DNA of 61,308 nt from an uncultured delta proteobacterium (GCA_963705165.1 CAVPJD010000028.1:1-61308); one strand, 5' to 3'; positions 27,192 to 38,000 are shown, counted from the first letter of the stretch. The notes: a model not told the origin generated them from the letters alone. Made by a program: numbers and translations.

Positions 27192-29225
27192 TTACTTGTG
27201 CAGGATCCTGTAGTCCACCACGGAGACGCCTTTCTCGTAGACCAGCACCGGGTTGAGATCGATCTGGTCGAACCCGGGATAGTCCTCGACGAGTTGCGAG
27301 AGCTTCTGCATCACGTCGATGAGGGCCATGATATCCTTAGGCGCCTTTCCGCGGGTGCCTGCCAGCAGCGGGTAGCCCTTGATTGCCCGGATCATCCTCT
27401 CGAACTCGCCGGGTCCTGCCGGAAGCAGGCAGAACTGCACGTCCTTGTAGATCTCCGTGAAGATCCCGCCGAGACCGAACATCATCGAAGGCCCGTACTG
27501 CTCATCGCGGATCACGCCGAGGATGACCTCGACGCCGCCGGGCTTTGCCATGGGCGAGAGCGTGATCCCTTCGATCCGGGCGCCCGGGGCCTTTTTCCTG
27601 ACCGAAGCCATCATCGCCTCCCAGGCCTTCCGGACCCCGGAGGGATTGATGTCGAGCGCCACGCCCCCCACGTCCGTCTTGTGGGAGATGTCGGGCGATG
27701 AGACCTTGAGGGCCACGGGCCGCGTGAACCGCTTGGCGAGTTTCACCGCCTCGGCTGCGTTTATTGCGGGGGCCGACGTCACGGCCGGGATCCGGTACGA
27801 TCGCAGCACGCGCACCGCCGCGGGCGCGGGCATGAGCCTGAGCCTCGGCCCTTCATCGTGCGCTTCGTCCTTTTTGTGGGTTTCGACCTTTGCGGGCTTT
27901 ACGTCGTCGTAGGCGAAGAACTGGCCCAGGGCCCGCACGCCCCGCTCGGGCGTGGGGTAGACGGGAATGCCCTTCTCGTGCATCTTGAGGGCCTCCTCGC
28001 GCTCCACCTCGGCGCCGCCGCAGTAGACGACGAGCTCGCCCTGCCCCGTCACGATGTCCGATGCGCCGTGGACGGGGTCGCCGAAGATGACGACGCTCGT
28101 GTCGTAGTCGGATTTCGCCTCGGCGATCGTCTTCGAATAGAGGCTGGGGTCCGTGATGGCATCGCCCGTGAGGTCGATGGGGTTCGTGAGGCCGCAGTGT
28201 GAGGGCAGAAACGCCCGGAGACGGGCCTTGAGCTCCTCCGTCGGGAAGGGGACCTCGAGACCGTACTTCTCGGCCTCGTCGATGCCGAGGATCGCGGCGC
28301 CGCCCGAGCTCGAGATCATCAGCAGGCGCCTGCCCTTGGGCTTGTCCATGTAGGCGAGGCCCTTGGCGAAATCGTAGAGCTCCTCCAGGTTGTCGGCCCG
28401 GCAGACGTTGTATTTCCGAAAAATGGCCTGGTAGATCTCGTCGCTTCCGGCAAGGGATTTCGTGTGGCTTTCGGCCGCCACCCTGCCCCTCGCCGTCCTG
28501 CCCGCCTTGAGGATCACGACGGGCTTGGTTGCCTTCGCCAGGGACTCCACGAAGGCGGCGGGCCGCTTCACGCCCTCGATATAGCAGGCTATGACCTTCG
28601 TGTTGGGATCGTCGTTGAAGTAGTTGATGCAGTCCGACTCGTCCACGTCGGCGCGGTTGCCGAGACTGACAAAGCCGCTGAAGCCCAGATGCTCGACGCT
28701 CGACCAATCGATGAGGGCCGCGCCCACGGTGCCGCTCTGGGAGACGAAGGCGATCCGGCCCCGCGTCGTGATGAGCGGCCAGGACCCGCAAAGGCTGCTG
28801 TAGGGGATGTTCACCCCCTGGCAGTTTGGCCCGATGAGCCGGACATTGAACTCCCTGCCGACCCGGGCCAGCTGCGCCTGGAGCTTCTCGCCGTCCTCGC
28901 CCGCCTCGGCAAAGCCCCCGGTGATGATGACGGCGGACTTGACGCCGGCCTTCCCGCACTCCTCGATGGCCCCCTTGACCATCCGGGCGGGGATGACGAC
29001 GACGGCCATGTCCGCAGGAGCCGGAGTGGCACCGATTGCCGGGTAGGCCTTGAGCCCCAGGATCTCGTCGGCCTTGGGGTTGACGGGATAGATGGGCCCC
29101 GCAAAGCCGGCGTGGATCAGGTTGTAGAGGATGTCGTAGCTCAGTTTTCCCGGTGTGCTCGAGGCGCCGATGAGGGCCACGCTTGCCGGCTTGAAGATGG
29201 CGTCCAGCTGACGGATCGAATCCAT
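27192..29225 (-). CDS. Acetate/acyl-CoA ligase (ADP-forming), fused alpha-beta
   Basis: IGAS, GGFAE, IGPNCQG, SQSG, SHT, NPIDLTGD, ATP-grasp HKTDVGGV, DLNPV. Confidence 0.93.
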   Translation of the reverse strand: MDSIRQLDAIFKPASVALIGASSTPGKLSYDILYNLIHAGFAGPIYPVNPKADEILGLKAYPAIGATPAPADMAVVVIPARMVKGAIEECGKAGVKSAVIITGGFAEAGEDGEKLQAQLARVGREFNVRLIGPNCQGVNIPYSSLCGSWPLITTRGRIAFVSQSGTVGAALIDWSSVEHLGFSGFVSLGNRADVDESDCINYFNDDPNTKVIACYIEGVKRPAAFVESLAKATKPVVILKAGRTARGRVAAESHTKSLAGSDEIYQAIFRKYNVCRADNLEELYDFAKGLAYMDKPKGRRLLMISSSGGAAILGIDEAEKYGLEVPFPTEELKARLRAFLPSHCGLTNPIDLTGDAITDPSLYSKTIAEAKSDYDTSVVIFGDPVHGASDIVTGQGELVVYCGGAEVEREEALKMHEKGIPVYPTPERGVRALGQFFAYDDVKPAKVETHKKDEAHDEGPRLRLMPAPAAVRVLRSYRIPAVTSAPAINAAEAVKLAKRFTRPVALKVSSPDISHKTDVGGVALDINPSGVRKAWEAMMASVRKKAPGARIEGITLSPMAKPGGVEVILGVIRDEQYGPSMMFGLGGIFTEIYKDVQFCLLPAGPGEFERMIRAIKGYPLLAGTRGKAPKDIMALIDVMQKLSQLVEDYPGFDQIDLNPVLVYEKGVSVVDYRILHK

Positions 29226-29511
29226 AGGTCCTCCTTTTTCGTGCGTTGCGGTGAAAGAAAACGGTGGGTCCCCCTGACAGACGGCCGAATCCTACCACAG
29301 AGCCCCTGCATTTTCTACGGGGAAGTGGCCCCTGAAAAATACGAAATTCGGCGTATCCAGTTTTCCCCCGGAGAGCCGATAATCAATACATCGCCTTCTT
29401 TTTGTCGCTTTGACCGGACTGTTTCCGTTTATCCTGCACCCACCCTGTTCCACGGAGTGGTGCGTGTCTTTCAATCAGGCGTCAAACCTGTCTTCGGGGG
29501 TAAACAGCGTC

Positions 29512-30768
29512 ATGAAAAAGGGTTTATTCGGGAAAAATATCCTGTCCGGACTCGTCATTCTGCTAGCAGTTGTCTTCACGGGTTCAACGGCATTTGCCCA
29601 TGAGCTCGATGATATCAGGGCGGCGATCCATGAACGGGGTGCTCACTGGGTAGCCGGAGATACATCCATCTCCAAGCTCCCGCACCATGAGAGGCAGCTC
29701 CGCCTCGGCCATGTCAAGCACCGGCTGACCGGAGACGAGACGCTTCTGACGGCATCCGGGTCTACCGGGTCGGGCGGTGCAGCTGCGGCCTACACGAGCT
29801 TTGACTGGACCTACCCTACGAACTACGTCACACCGGTCCGTAACCAGGGCAATTGCGGGAGCTGCTGGGCCTTCGCCACAACGGCGGCCCTCGAGTCCTA
29901 CACCCTCATCAAGAATTCCCTGCCGGGCCAGGAATTGAACCTTGCAGAGCAGGTCATGGTCTCCTGCGGCGGCGCCGGCAGTTGCGGCGGCGGCTACATC
30001 GGCACGGCGGCGAACTACATCAAGAACACGGGTCTGCCGCTGGAGACGTGCTACCCCTATTCGGCGACAAACGGCACCTGCTCGGCGGCCTGCTACAACT
30101 GGCAGGCAAACAGTTATAAAATTACCGGATGGGGCTACGTGGCAACAACGGCACCGACGGTGGATGCCATCAAGAATGCGCTGGTGACCTACGGCCCGCT
30201 GGTCACGACGATGGACGTCTACGCGGACTTCTTCAGTTATCACAGCGGCATCTACAAGTACGTTTCCGGCACCTACCAGGGCGGGCACGCCATCCTTATC
30301 GTGGGCTACGACGACACGGCCCAGTGCTTCAAGGTGAAGAACAGCTGGGGCGCCAGCTGGGGCGAAGCGGGATACTTCCGGATCGCATACTCGGAGGTGA
30401 CGAGTGTCGTGGGCTTCGGCGAGTACACCATCGCATACTATCAGCCCACGCCGCCCGCGCCGCCTCCCACACCTCCGCCTGCCCCTCCGCCGGCACCGAC
30501 ATGCAGCTATTCGATCTCTCCTGCGTCGAGCGCGCCGAAGTGGACGGGCGGAACGGGCAACATCAGCGTGACGGCCGGTTCCGCCTGCGCCTGGACAGCC
30601 AAGAGCAACGCGAGCTGGGTGACGATCACCTCAGGGAAGTCAGGCACAGGCAATGGAACGGCCAAATACAACGTCTCGAAGAACTTGAGTTACAACAGTC
30701 GCAGCACCACGATCACCGTTGCCGGCAAGACCTTCCAGATCACCCAGAAGGGTTTGCTGGGCAAATAA
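29512..30768 (+). CDS. Secreted papain-family (C1A) cysteine protease with Pro-rich linker and C-terminal BACON-like domain
   Basis: Signal peptide, QGNCGSCWAF, GHAILIVGY, KNSWG, PPAPPP linker, CAWTAKSNASWVTI. Confidence 0.93.
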   Translation: MKKGLFGKNILSGLVILLAVVFTGSTAFAHELDDIRAAIHERGAHWVAGDTSISKLPHHERQLRLGHVKHRLTGDETLLTASGSTGSGGAAAAYTSFDWTYPTNYVTPVRNQGNCGSCWAFATTAALESYTLIKNSLPGQELNLAEQVMVSCGGAGSCGGGYIGTAANYIKNTGLPLETCYPYSATNGTCSAACYNWQANSYKITGWGYVATTAPTVDAIKNALVTYGPLVTTMDVYADFFSYHSGIYKYVSGTYQGGHAILIVGYDDTAQCFKVKNSWGASWGEAGYFRIAYSEVTSVVGFGEYTIAYYQPTPPAPPPTPPPAPPPAPTCSYSISPASSAPKWTGGTGNISVTAGSACAWTAKSNASWVTITSGKSGTGNGTAKYNVSKNLSYNSRSTTITVAGKTFQITQKGLLGK

Positions 30769-30943
30769 TCTTAATGAGTCGTGCGGCGCCCTTCGCGGGC
30801 GCTGCATCCATCAATCCGGGCAGGACCACGCAGGTCCTGCCCTTTACTTTTTCCTTGTCAAAGAGAGCGGTCCTGACTATATACGGTCTGTGTGACGTAT
30901 TCTATGCTGAGCCGGTGAATCCATAAGGAGGGAGGGCTGAACG

Positions 30944-31843
30944 ATGAGGCATCGCACGGCGGGAAAGATCACGGACAATCTATGGTACCTGGGTCGCGAG
31001 GAGGCGGGGGTGTATGTCCTCGAGGGCAAAGACGGCTCGATCATGATCAACGGGGGGCTTGCGCACATCCTCCCCGATGTCCTCATGCAGATGAAAGACT
31101 TCGGGATCGACCCCGCAAAGCTCAAAAAGATCCTCATCCTCCATTCGCATTTTGACCACATCGGTGTGATCCCCTACTTCAGGAGAAACTGGCCGGCCAT
31201 CGAGGTCCACGGCTCGGCCGAGACCTGGAGGATCCTCCAGATGCAGAAGGCCATCGACATCGCCAATCAATTCAGCAAAATCGTGGCGGACAAGATGGGG
31301 CTCGGGGCGGCCTTGAAGGATGTCGACTTCGCCTGGCGCGACGACATCACGGGAAAAACCGTGGGCGAGGGCGACCGGATCGACCTGGGGGGGACTGCAC
31401 TGAACATCCTGTACACGCCCGGCCACACGAACTGCTCGATCACGGCCTATGAACCCGATCGCAAGGCACTCTTTGCCTCCGACGGCGGCGGCATCCCCTA
31501 CCGGGACATGTCGTTTGCCTCGGCGAACACCAACTTCACCCAGTACCTGGAAAGCCTCGAGAAAATGAAACCGCTCACCGTCGATTACCTCTGCGCCGAT
31601 CACTACGGCTATGTCACAGGCGAGGATGCGCGGGGCTTCATCGACCTGACGATACGGGAAGGACGAAAGCTGAGGGCGCAGATGGAGGGAATCCTCCGGG
31701 AGAAAGGAAACGTCGATGAGGCCGCGAAAGCCATGACGGTCTATTTCTACGGGGAATGCCCGGACTACTTCATCGCAGCGGACATCCTCGAGGGCGTCTT
31801 CAGGCAGATGATGAAGTTCCTCGAGAAGAACCTGCAGTCCTGA
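30944..31843 (+). CDS. Metallo-beta-lactamase fold hydrolase
   Basis: HSHFDH, TPGHT, FASD, ADHYG. Confidence 0.92.
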   Translation: MRHRTAGKITDNLWYLGREEAGVYVLEGKDGSIMINGGLAHILPDVLMQMKDFGIDPAKLKKILILHSHFDHIGVIPYFRRNWPAIEVHGSAETWRILQMQKAIDIANQFSKIVADKMGLGAALKDVDFAWRDDITGKTVGEGDRIDLGGTALNILYTPGHTNCSITAYEPDRKALFASDGGGIPYRDMSFASANTNFTQYLESLEKMKPLTVDYLCADHYGYVTGEDARGFIDLTIREGRKLRAQMEGILREKGNVDEAAKAMTVYFYGECPDYFIAADILEGVFRQMMKFLEKNLQS

Positions 31844-31868
31844 CCCGCCGCGAAAGTGGTCATGCATG

Positions 31869-31898
31869 AGGGGCTGCCTCCCGGGCAGCCCCTTTTTT
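31869..31898 (+). terminator. Rho-independent terminator
   Basis: aggggctgcc-tcccg-ggcagcccct-ttttt. Confidence 0.75.
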
Positions 31899-31980
31899 GC
31901 CTGATTATCAGGATGACCTTGAAAAGCGGCGCTTCGGCTGGCATACTCCGCGATGCGATATCCATGTCAGGAGGGGGGTC

Positions 31981-32997
31981 ATGTTCCGGTATCTTCTGTT
32001 TGCGGGTTCTCTGCTGGTCTGTCTGTGCGGAATTCCGGGGCACCCTGCCCCGGCTGCAGCGACCGTCAGCCTTGATGACTGCGCGAAAATAGACGACGAT
32101 GCCGCGCGGCTGCGGTGTTATGACGAGGCAGCGGGCCGCAAGCCGAAAGAGGCGCCGGCCCGTGTCACGCCCGCGGAGCCCGCCCCGGAAAAACCCGCGG
32201 CGTACTCGTATCTTTCCTGGAAGTGGCAGCTGGACGAGCAGACCAGAAAAAACCGTTATCCCATCAGCACCTACAGGCAAAACTACATTCTCCCCTTCAC
32301 GTACAATTTCACGCAGAACAAGCAGCTCTACAATGCAATCGACCCGACATGGGACATCCAGGACGCCGAGGCGAAATTCCAGATCAGCTTCAAAGTCAAA
32401 CTCTGGGAAAGCATCTTCGGAACGGACACGGATCTCTGGTTCGGCTACACGCAGCTCTCCTTATGGCAGGTCTACAACTCGGACTTTTCCTCGCCCTTCC
32501 GCGAGACCAACTACGAGCCGGAGATCCTTCTGAACTTCCGCACCGATACCGACGTTTTCGGTCTCATGAGAAACCGGTTCATCCAGATCGGCCTCAATCA
32601 CCAGTCCAACGGCCGCGGTGAGCCCCTCTCGAGGAGCTGGAACCGGTTCGTGGCGAACTTCGGCTTTGAGAAGGATGCGTTCAACCTCGTTCTCAAAACC
32701 TGGCTCCGAATCCCTGAGAGCGGGGACACCGATGACAATCCGGACATCACGTCCTACCTGGGGTATGGTGAAATCACCGCGTTCTATCTCTGGAAAGATT
32801 ACTCCATTTCCGCCACGTTCCGGAACAACCTTCGTTTCGACGAAAACCGCAGCGCCCTGCAGCTTGACTTCTCCTTCCCCCTCATCGAGCGACTCAACGG
32901 TTACGTGCAGTACTTCACGGGGTACGGCGAGAGCCTCATCGACTACAACCACTACTCGAACCGCATCGGCGCAGGCTTCATGATAAGAGACTGGTAG
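31981..32997 (+). CDS. pldA: Outer membrane phospholipase A
   Basis: KFQISFK, SSPFRETNYEPE, HQSNG, SRSWNR, GYGESLIDYN. Confidence 0.95.
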   Translation: MFRYLLFAGSLLVCLCGIPGHPAPAAATVSLDDCAKIDDDAARLRCYDEAAGRKPKEAPARVTPAEPAPEKPAAYSYLSWKWQLDEQTRKNRYPISTYRQNYILPFTYNFTQNKQLYNAIDPTWDIQDAEAKFQISFKVKLWESIFGTDTDLWFGYTQLSLWQVYNSDFSSPFRETNYEPEILLNFRTDTDVFGLMRNRFIQIGLNHQSNGRGEPLSRSWNRFVANFGFEKDAFNLVLKTWLRIPESGDTDDNPDITSYLGYGEITAFYLWKDYSISATFRNNLRFDENRSALQLDFSFPLIERLNGYVQYFTGYGESLIDYNHYSNRIGAGFMIRDW

Positions 32998-33006
32998 GAA
33001 AAAGGC

Positions 33007-33680
33007 ATGACGGAAAAAATTTTCAACCCCCGGGTCCTCATTGTCTTCGCTGGTCTTACCTGCATCGCCGGCCTCCTGTTTCTGTGCAACCCGCAAGCGC
33101 ATGCCGCAGGCGATACGGACTTCGAGGCCCTCGAAAAGGGAATCGTGAAGGAGGTCAACCTGGCGAGGACAAACCCGGGCGCCTATGCCTCCTGGCTGCG
33201 GGGCCAGCGGCAATACTACCGGGGGACACAGCTGAGACGGCCCGGGGAGGTGCCCATCCGGACCAAGGAAGGGATTGCAGCCGTGGACGAGGCGATCCGT
33301 TTCCTGGAGAAGCAGAAGCCCGTGGGGTCCCTCGCTCTGTCCCGGGGCCTGTCGCTAGCCGCCCGCGACCTTGTCGCGCCCCAGGGGGCATCGGGCGGAT
33401 TCGGTCACACAGGGCCCGACGGGAGTACGCCCTCCGGGAGGATCGAGCGCCACGGCAATGGGAATCCGTGATCGGCGAGAACATCGCCTACGGCCAGCGG
33501 ACGGCCCGGGACGTGGTGGCAGCCTTCATCGTCGACGACGGCGTGCCCGGCCGCGGGCACCGGACAAATCTCTTCAATGCCGCATTCCACGTGATGGGCG
33601 TCGACTGCGGTCCCCACTCCACCTACGGCACCACCTGCGCCATCACCTTCGCCGGCGGCTTCCGGGAAAAATCGGAGTAA
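33007..33680 (+). pseudogene. CAP/SCP domain protein, one frameshift
   Basis: NLARTNP, GHTGPDGS, then GENIAYG and IVDDGVPGRGHR in the next frame; one base missing at ~33457. Confidence 0.85.
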
Positions 33681-33730
33681 AAGTACTCCCACCACTGATC
33701 GGGAACGCCTCGGCAAAACTATCACGTTCG

Positions 33731-33768
33731 CCCTCTCCCCGCCGTGGGAGAGGGTTGGGGTGAGGGGG
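33731..33768. repeat. REP-like palindromic repeat
   Basis: ccctctccccgccgtgggagagggttggggtgaggggg. Confidence 0.8.
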
Positions 33769-33799
33769 AATAATCCTGTTCCGCCCGCATTCTGCAGTC

Positions 33800-33832
33800 A
33801 AAAAAAGGGGCCACGGTAACCGTGACCCCTTT
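33800..33832 (-). terminator. Terminator of the PEP-CTERM gene
   Basis: aaaaaaaggggccacgg-taa-ccgtgacccctt. Confidence 0.7.
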
Positions 33833-33858
33833 CGTCTATTCTCGCAAATAACGCCGCG

Positions 33859-34515
33859 CTATTTCTTCCTTCTCACCACACCGATCCCCAGGAGGCCGAG
33901 GCCGAGGAGCAGGAGGGACATTGGCTCGGGAACGCTTGCCGGGGTGTAATCAACCTGCAGGTTAACGCCGTCGAAACGGGCAGTGCCACCACTAGAATTC
34001 CGAACGATCGTCACGTTCAAAGCGCCCGCAAGGATTTCATTCGTGTAAACACCAGCTGGAACATTTAGGAAGAAAGCGTTATCAACGTCACCAGAATAGG
34101 GAGAGAGGACATGGCTGCCCAGCGGGCCGGCTTCGACTGGAACGTATGTGTTTGATCCCGTACTTGGAAAGTCATCGATGACGATTACTAAACCTGCGCC
34201 GGTATTAAGCAGTTTGACGTCGAAATTGTCAGAGCCATCCACATTAGTCGCGTCGACGAACAATTCAAAGCCGTTGAGCGTCGCTCCCGTCAAACCTGGG
34301 GTCAGAATGTTGAATGACAGGGATTGATTAAAGAAAGACAGATCGACTCCCTCATTTCCACCCTTAGCTGGCTGGCCGTTGTAGAAACCGACTTGCGCAT
34401 ATGTTTCGCCATCTCGAATGTCCACACCGAAATTGACGATGGCTGCTCCAACTGGAATTGCCATAAACAATGTGAATGCGAATACCAATAATCCCAATCC
34501 AATTCTGCTCTTCAT
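33859..34515 (-). CDS. PEP-CTERM sorting-domain protein
   Basis: Signal peptide; VPEPMSLLLLGLGLLGIGVVRRKK; lower GC than flanks. Confidence 0.95.
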   Translation of the reverse strand: MKSRIGLGLLVFAFTLFMAIPVGAAIVNFGVDIRDGETYAQVGFYNGQPAKGGNEGVDLSFFNQSLSFNILTPGLTGATLNGFELFVDATNVDGSDNFDVKLLNTGAGLVIVIDDFPSTGSNTYVPVEAGPLGSHVLSPYSGDVDNAFFLNVPAGVYTNEILAGALNVTIVRNSSGGTARFDGVNLQVDYTPASVPEPMSLLLLGLGLLGIGVVRRKK

Positions 34516-34592
34516 TTTCCTTCCTCCTCCTTTACATCCTTTAGGAATACCTGTGCCCCCTGCTTTTGGCCAATCTCGTTTGTAATTTATAT

Positions 34593-34608
34593 AGCAAGAG
34601 AGAGACCA
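34593..34608 (-). promoter_or_regulatory. Sigma-54 (-24/-12) promoter
   Basis: TGGtctctctcTTGCT, GG-N10-GC. Confidence 0.65.
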
Positions 34609-34718
34609 GCCGATTGAGGAGTAAATCAGGACACAGATAACGATATGATATTATTATACTTATGACGAATATTTCCGCCACGGCCCAATTCTGCGACGCA
34701 ACCATCGAAACTAATAAT

Positions 34719-34827
34719 CGTAAAGGTTGTTTACAACTGCAGGGGGAAAGGCGGGAGTGTTGCAGCAGATTTACACTTCAAATCAATCTGTTGTACAGAA
34801 ATGGTTGCATTGTAAAAGAAATCGACA
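34719..34827. promoter_or_regulatory. Enhancer-like TGT-N11-ACA sites
   Basis: cgtaaaggttgtttaca (34719-34735) and tgtaaaagaaatcgaca (34811-34827). Confidence 0.6.
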
Positions 34828-34921
34828 GATCAAGACGCCTACGGAAACCAATGCAACCGTTTAAGCGGATGTCCGTTAATACGACGAATGTCTGATGAAA
34901 AAAATATTTTAAATTTTTTCG

Positions 34922-35839
34922 TCAGCCCTGCTTTTTCTCGCGGTAGTAACGGAGGGGCAGGACAAGGCCGAAGAACGGCAGCAGGTACATGGCCGCCGTC
35001 ATGGTTTCCCGGGGCCCGAAGAACTGGGCCGAGAAAACGATCATGAGGACATTATTTATGTGCGCGAGCATGACGGCGCCCGCCAGGCGGTCTTCTACCG
35101 GCTTGCTTCGGAAAAAGAGGATACCCACCGCACAGTAGACCACTGACAGGAGGATGCCCACCAGGGCCGCCTCTGCGATGAGGCCGGGATCGCGGTAGAA
35201 GATCTCGGAGTATTTCGAGAACACACCGAGAGTGATGCAAGCGAACATGACGAGATTCACCGGGTAGGAACGGCGGTTGGCGGCGTCGAGCAGGTGCGGC
35301 GCAAACCGCCTCAGGATCTGCACGGCGGCGATGGGAACGAAGATCGCCAGGGCCAGCACCCGGAGCATGTCCCAGAAGGAAAAGCTCACGCTCTTCGCCA
35401 GGACGAGCCCCACGACGGCCGGGAGGCTGAAGGGCACCAGGATCGAGGTGATGACCGTCACGACGAGGACCCGGGCGCTGTTGCCGCCCACGAGGTTCGA
35501 CATGAAGGGCGCCACGACCCCCGTGGACACTGCGGTCAGCAGGAGCGCCGCAACGGCATATTCGGGCATGACATAAAGGAACAAGCCGTAGAGGATCACG
35601 GGCAGGATCACCATTTTCAGCGCGACAAGCGAAAGGATCGGCAGGCTTGCCTGGCGCAGGGCCTCCCAGACCGCCTCGAGCCGGATGGAGAGAAAACTCA
35701 TGAAGAAGAGAATCATGAGGCAGAGAAGCGGATAAGGCTGCAGGAAGGCGAAGAGGTACGGGCAGCAGATGCCCGCAGCCATCGACGAAAACACGACGGC
35801 AAGCAGGATGATGTCCCTCGGACGGAACGGAAGCTCCAT
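34922..35839 (-). CDS. Bile acid:sodium symporter family transporter
   Basis: About 10 TM helices; STGVVAPF..LVGGN motif. Confidence 0.8.
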   Translation of the reverse strand: MELPFRPRDIILLAVVFSSMAAGICCPYLFAFLQPYPLLCLMILFFMSFLSIRLEAVWEALRQASLPILSLVALKMVILPVILYGLFLYVMPEYAVAALLLTAVSTGVVAPFMSNLVGGNSARVLVVTVITSILVPFSLPAVVGLVLAKSVSFSFWDMLRVLALAIFVPIAAVQILRRFAPHLLDAANRRSYPVNLVMFACITLGVFSKYSEIFYRDPGLIAEAALVGILLSVVYCAVGILFFRSKPVEDRLAGAVMLAHINNVLMIVFSAQFFGPRETMTAAMYLLPFFGLVLPLRYYREKKQG

Positions 35840-35849
35840 GTCGGGGTGT

Positions 35850-36308
35850 TTACTCCCTGCCCGGCGGGCGGCGGCGGACGATCTGGTTGCCGATGACCGT
35901 GAAGACCGTCTCGCCCTTCTGATTGTACGTGGAGTAGCGGAGCCGCACGATGCCCCGGTCGCCGGACTTCGAGGGCCTGAGCTCCAGAACCTCGCCTGCG
36001 GCGCGCAGCGTGTCGCCGGGCCGGACGGGTTTGAGCCATTTCAGCTCGTCGAACCCCGGGGAACCCAGGCTGTTTTCGGCGTTGAGCGCCCCCGTCATGA
36101 GGAAAAGGCGGAAGGTGAGCGCGATGGTGTGGATGCCGCTGGCGATGAGCCCCCCGTAGGGGGTCGCCTTCGCCGCCTCGGCATCGACGTGGAAGACCTG
36201 CGGGTCGAAATGCATGGCGAAGTCGATGATCTGACCCTCCGTCACCGTCATCCCCGGCGACTCGAAGCGGTCGCCGACCTTGAAGTCGTCGAAATAAAGC
36301 GTGTTCAT
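35850..36308 (-). CDS. MaoC family dehydratase
   Basis: YFDDF, FDPQ.FHVD, GLIASGIHT, PVRPGDTL. Confidence 0.93.
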   Translation of the reverse strand: MNTLYFDDFKVGDRFESPGMTVTEGQIIDFAMHFDPQVFHVDAEAAKATPYGGLIASGIHTIALTFRLFLMTGALNAENSLGSPGFDELKWLKPVRPGDTLRAAGEVLELRPSKSGDRGIVRLRYSTYNQKGETVFTVIGNQIVRRRPPGRE

Positions 36309-36492
36309 CCTCCCTTCCCTCTCCCGGTCGCAATGACCGCTTTAATTCCCATACGCTGCGGCCTGCATTCCCTTTTCTTTCTTCCTCCCCGATCCTCGAA
36401 CCTTCTTTCTCGTACTGAAAAGCCGGAGCAATCCCGGCTTCTTTTTTATACCATCCCGCTTGTCATCAAATCCACGCTTTCTTTCCACAAAA

Positions 36493-36573
36493 AAATCCCC
36501 CTGCATCCCCCTTTATTAAAGGGGGAAAGAGGGGGATTTATCTGTCGACTGTCGGCTGTCGGCTGTCGGCTGT
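36493..36573. repeat. REP-like palindrome (ATCCCCC...CCCCCTTT..AAAGGGGG...GGGGGAT) plus (CTGTCGG)n heptamers
   Basis: Second palindrome copy at 49372-49419. Confidence 0.8.
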
Positions 36574-37849
36574 TTAAAAGAGGTACTCCGTCGACAGTCT
36601 GATCCCGTACTGGTTCGTCCGGCTCGAGGGCTCACGGACGACAAAGCCCGTGTAGGACCCGTCGGTGTAATAGAGCCGCTCCCAGGGGCTCTCGCCGATC
36701 TCGCTGTATTCGTACCAGGGCGTCACCGTGAAGGCCCAGTTCACCCGGGGCCGCCAGCTCATGGGCAATTCCACGAGATAGCCAGGCCGGTTCCCCAGGT
36801 ACACCGTGGTGTTGGCGAGGATGTCATTTTTGGAGGAAATGGTCATGCGGCCGTCGAACATGAAGTTCACCGACGCGTTCAACCCGACGGAGAACTTCTG
36901 ATTCACAGGGTAAAGAGACTTCACGCCGACAGGGAAAATACCACCAGCTGTAGGTTTCGTTGTAGCCGATATCCCGCTTCCAGTAACGGTAGCCCAATCC
37001 CACATAGGGTGTGATGGAAAAAGGGAGATTCCCCCTGTAGGTGTACCCCGCGTTCACCTCGAGGCGCGCAAAATCGTTGTGGGTGGTATCCTTCAGCGGC
37101 ACGCCGCCCATCGTGGAGCCGTCGTAATCCGTGTCGTCATCGGCCACCGACGCTTCGCCGAAGGCCCGGAAATAGAGCCCGTCGTCGGCCACGTAGCTGT
37201 AACCCAGTCGCACCTGGGGGACCCAGCCCGTTTCCGTGCTCTTGAGAGGGGGGGTGAGATCTTCCTTGTAGTCATAATGGCTATAGGAAAGGGCAATCTC
37301 GAACCGGTGCGGTTGGGCGTATGAGATCCCTTTTGACTTGAGGTAACCCTCCGCCTCCGGTACGCCGAGCCGTCCCGCCTTCTTGAGATCCTCGATCGCC
37401 TCGTTGTTCTTTCCGAGCTTGAGGTAGACAAGACCCCGGTTGTTGTAGGCCTGTCCGTTGAGATCGTCGAGTTCGAGGGCCTTGTTGAAATCGGAGAGAG
37501 CCTCCTGTGTCCTGCCGAGCCTGTTGTAAACGAGACCCCGGTTGTTCCACGCATCGGGGTCCTTCGGGTTGAGCTCAATGGTTTTGTTGAAATCCGCCAG
37601 GGCTTCATCGAGCCGGTTGAGCCGCAGATTTGCCGCGCCCCGATTGTAATATGCTTCGGCCACCCGGGGATTCTTCGCCAGGATCAAGCCGCATGCAGCA
37701 ATCACATCCTCCGCCCTCGCAGATCCCGAGGAAAAACAGGTTTTGTATGCAGATGCATCGGGCGTCGATGCATCCGACTGAGCAAGTGCAGTTGTCGGCA
37801 TAACGAACAGGACAAACAGGCAGGAAAGCAGGATCCGTTTCAGCTTCAT
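36574..37849 (-). pseudogene. TPR repeats fused to an outer-membrane beta-barrel, one frameshift
   Basis: Signal peptide, three AY/AW-NNRG-type TPRs, alternating beta strands, terminal YLF; extra base in TTTTCCC at 36932-36938. Confidence 0.75.
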
Positions 37850-38000
37850 CGTCTTCTCCCCTTCGAGATCGCATCAAGCGGCATGGTTCGAGCGAACGCG
37901 GATGTGAATTGCAAAGTTCATACCCTCGTGACCTCGTGCAGCCTGCAGCGTGCAGGGGAAAAGAATCAAGAAGGGGTGGTTTGCAACCGATAGAAATAGC

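Noticed and set aside
31837..31856. gtcctgacccgccg, and gccctgaccgcc at 19222, as further tRNA-Phe att copies
   Set aside because: Only 8-9 bp match, both include a gene's TGA stop, and such matches are expected by chance in GC-rich DNA.
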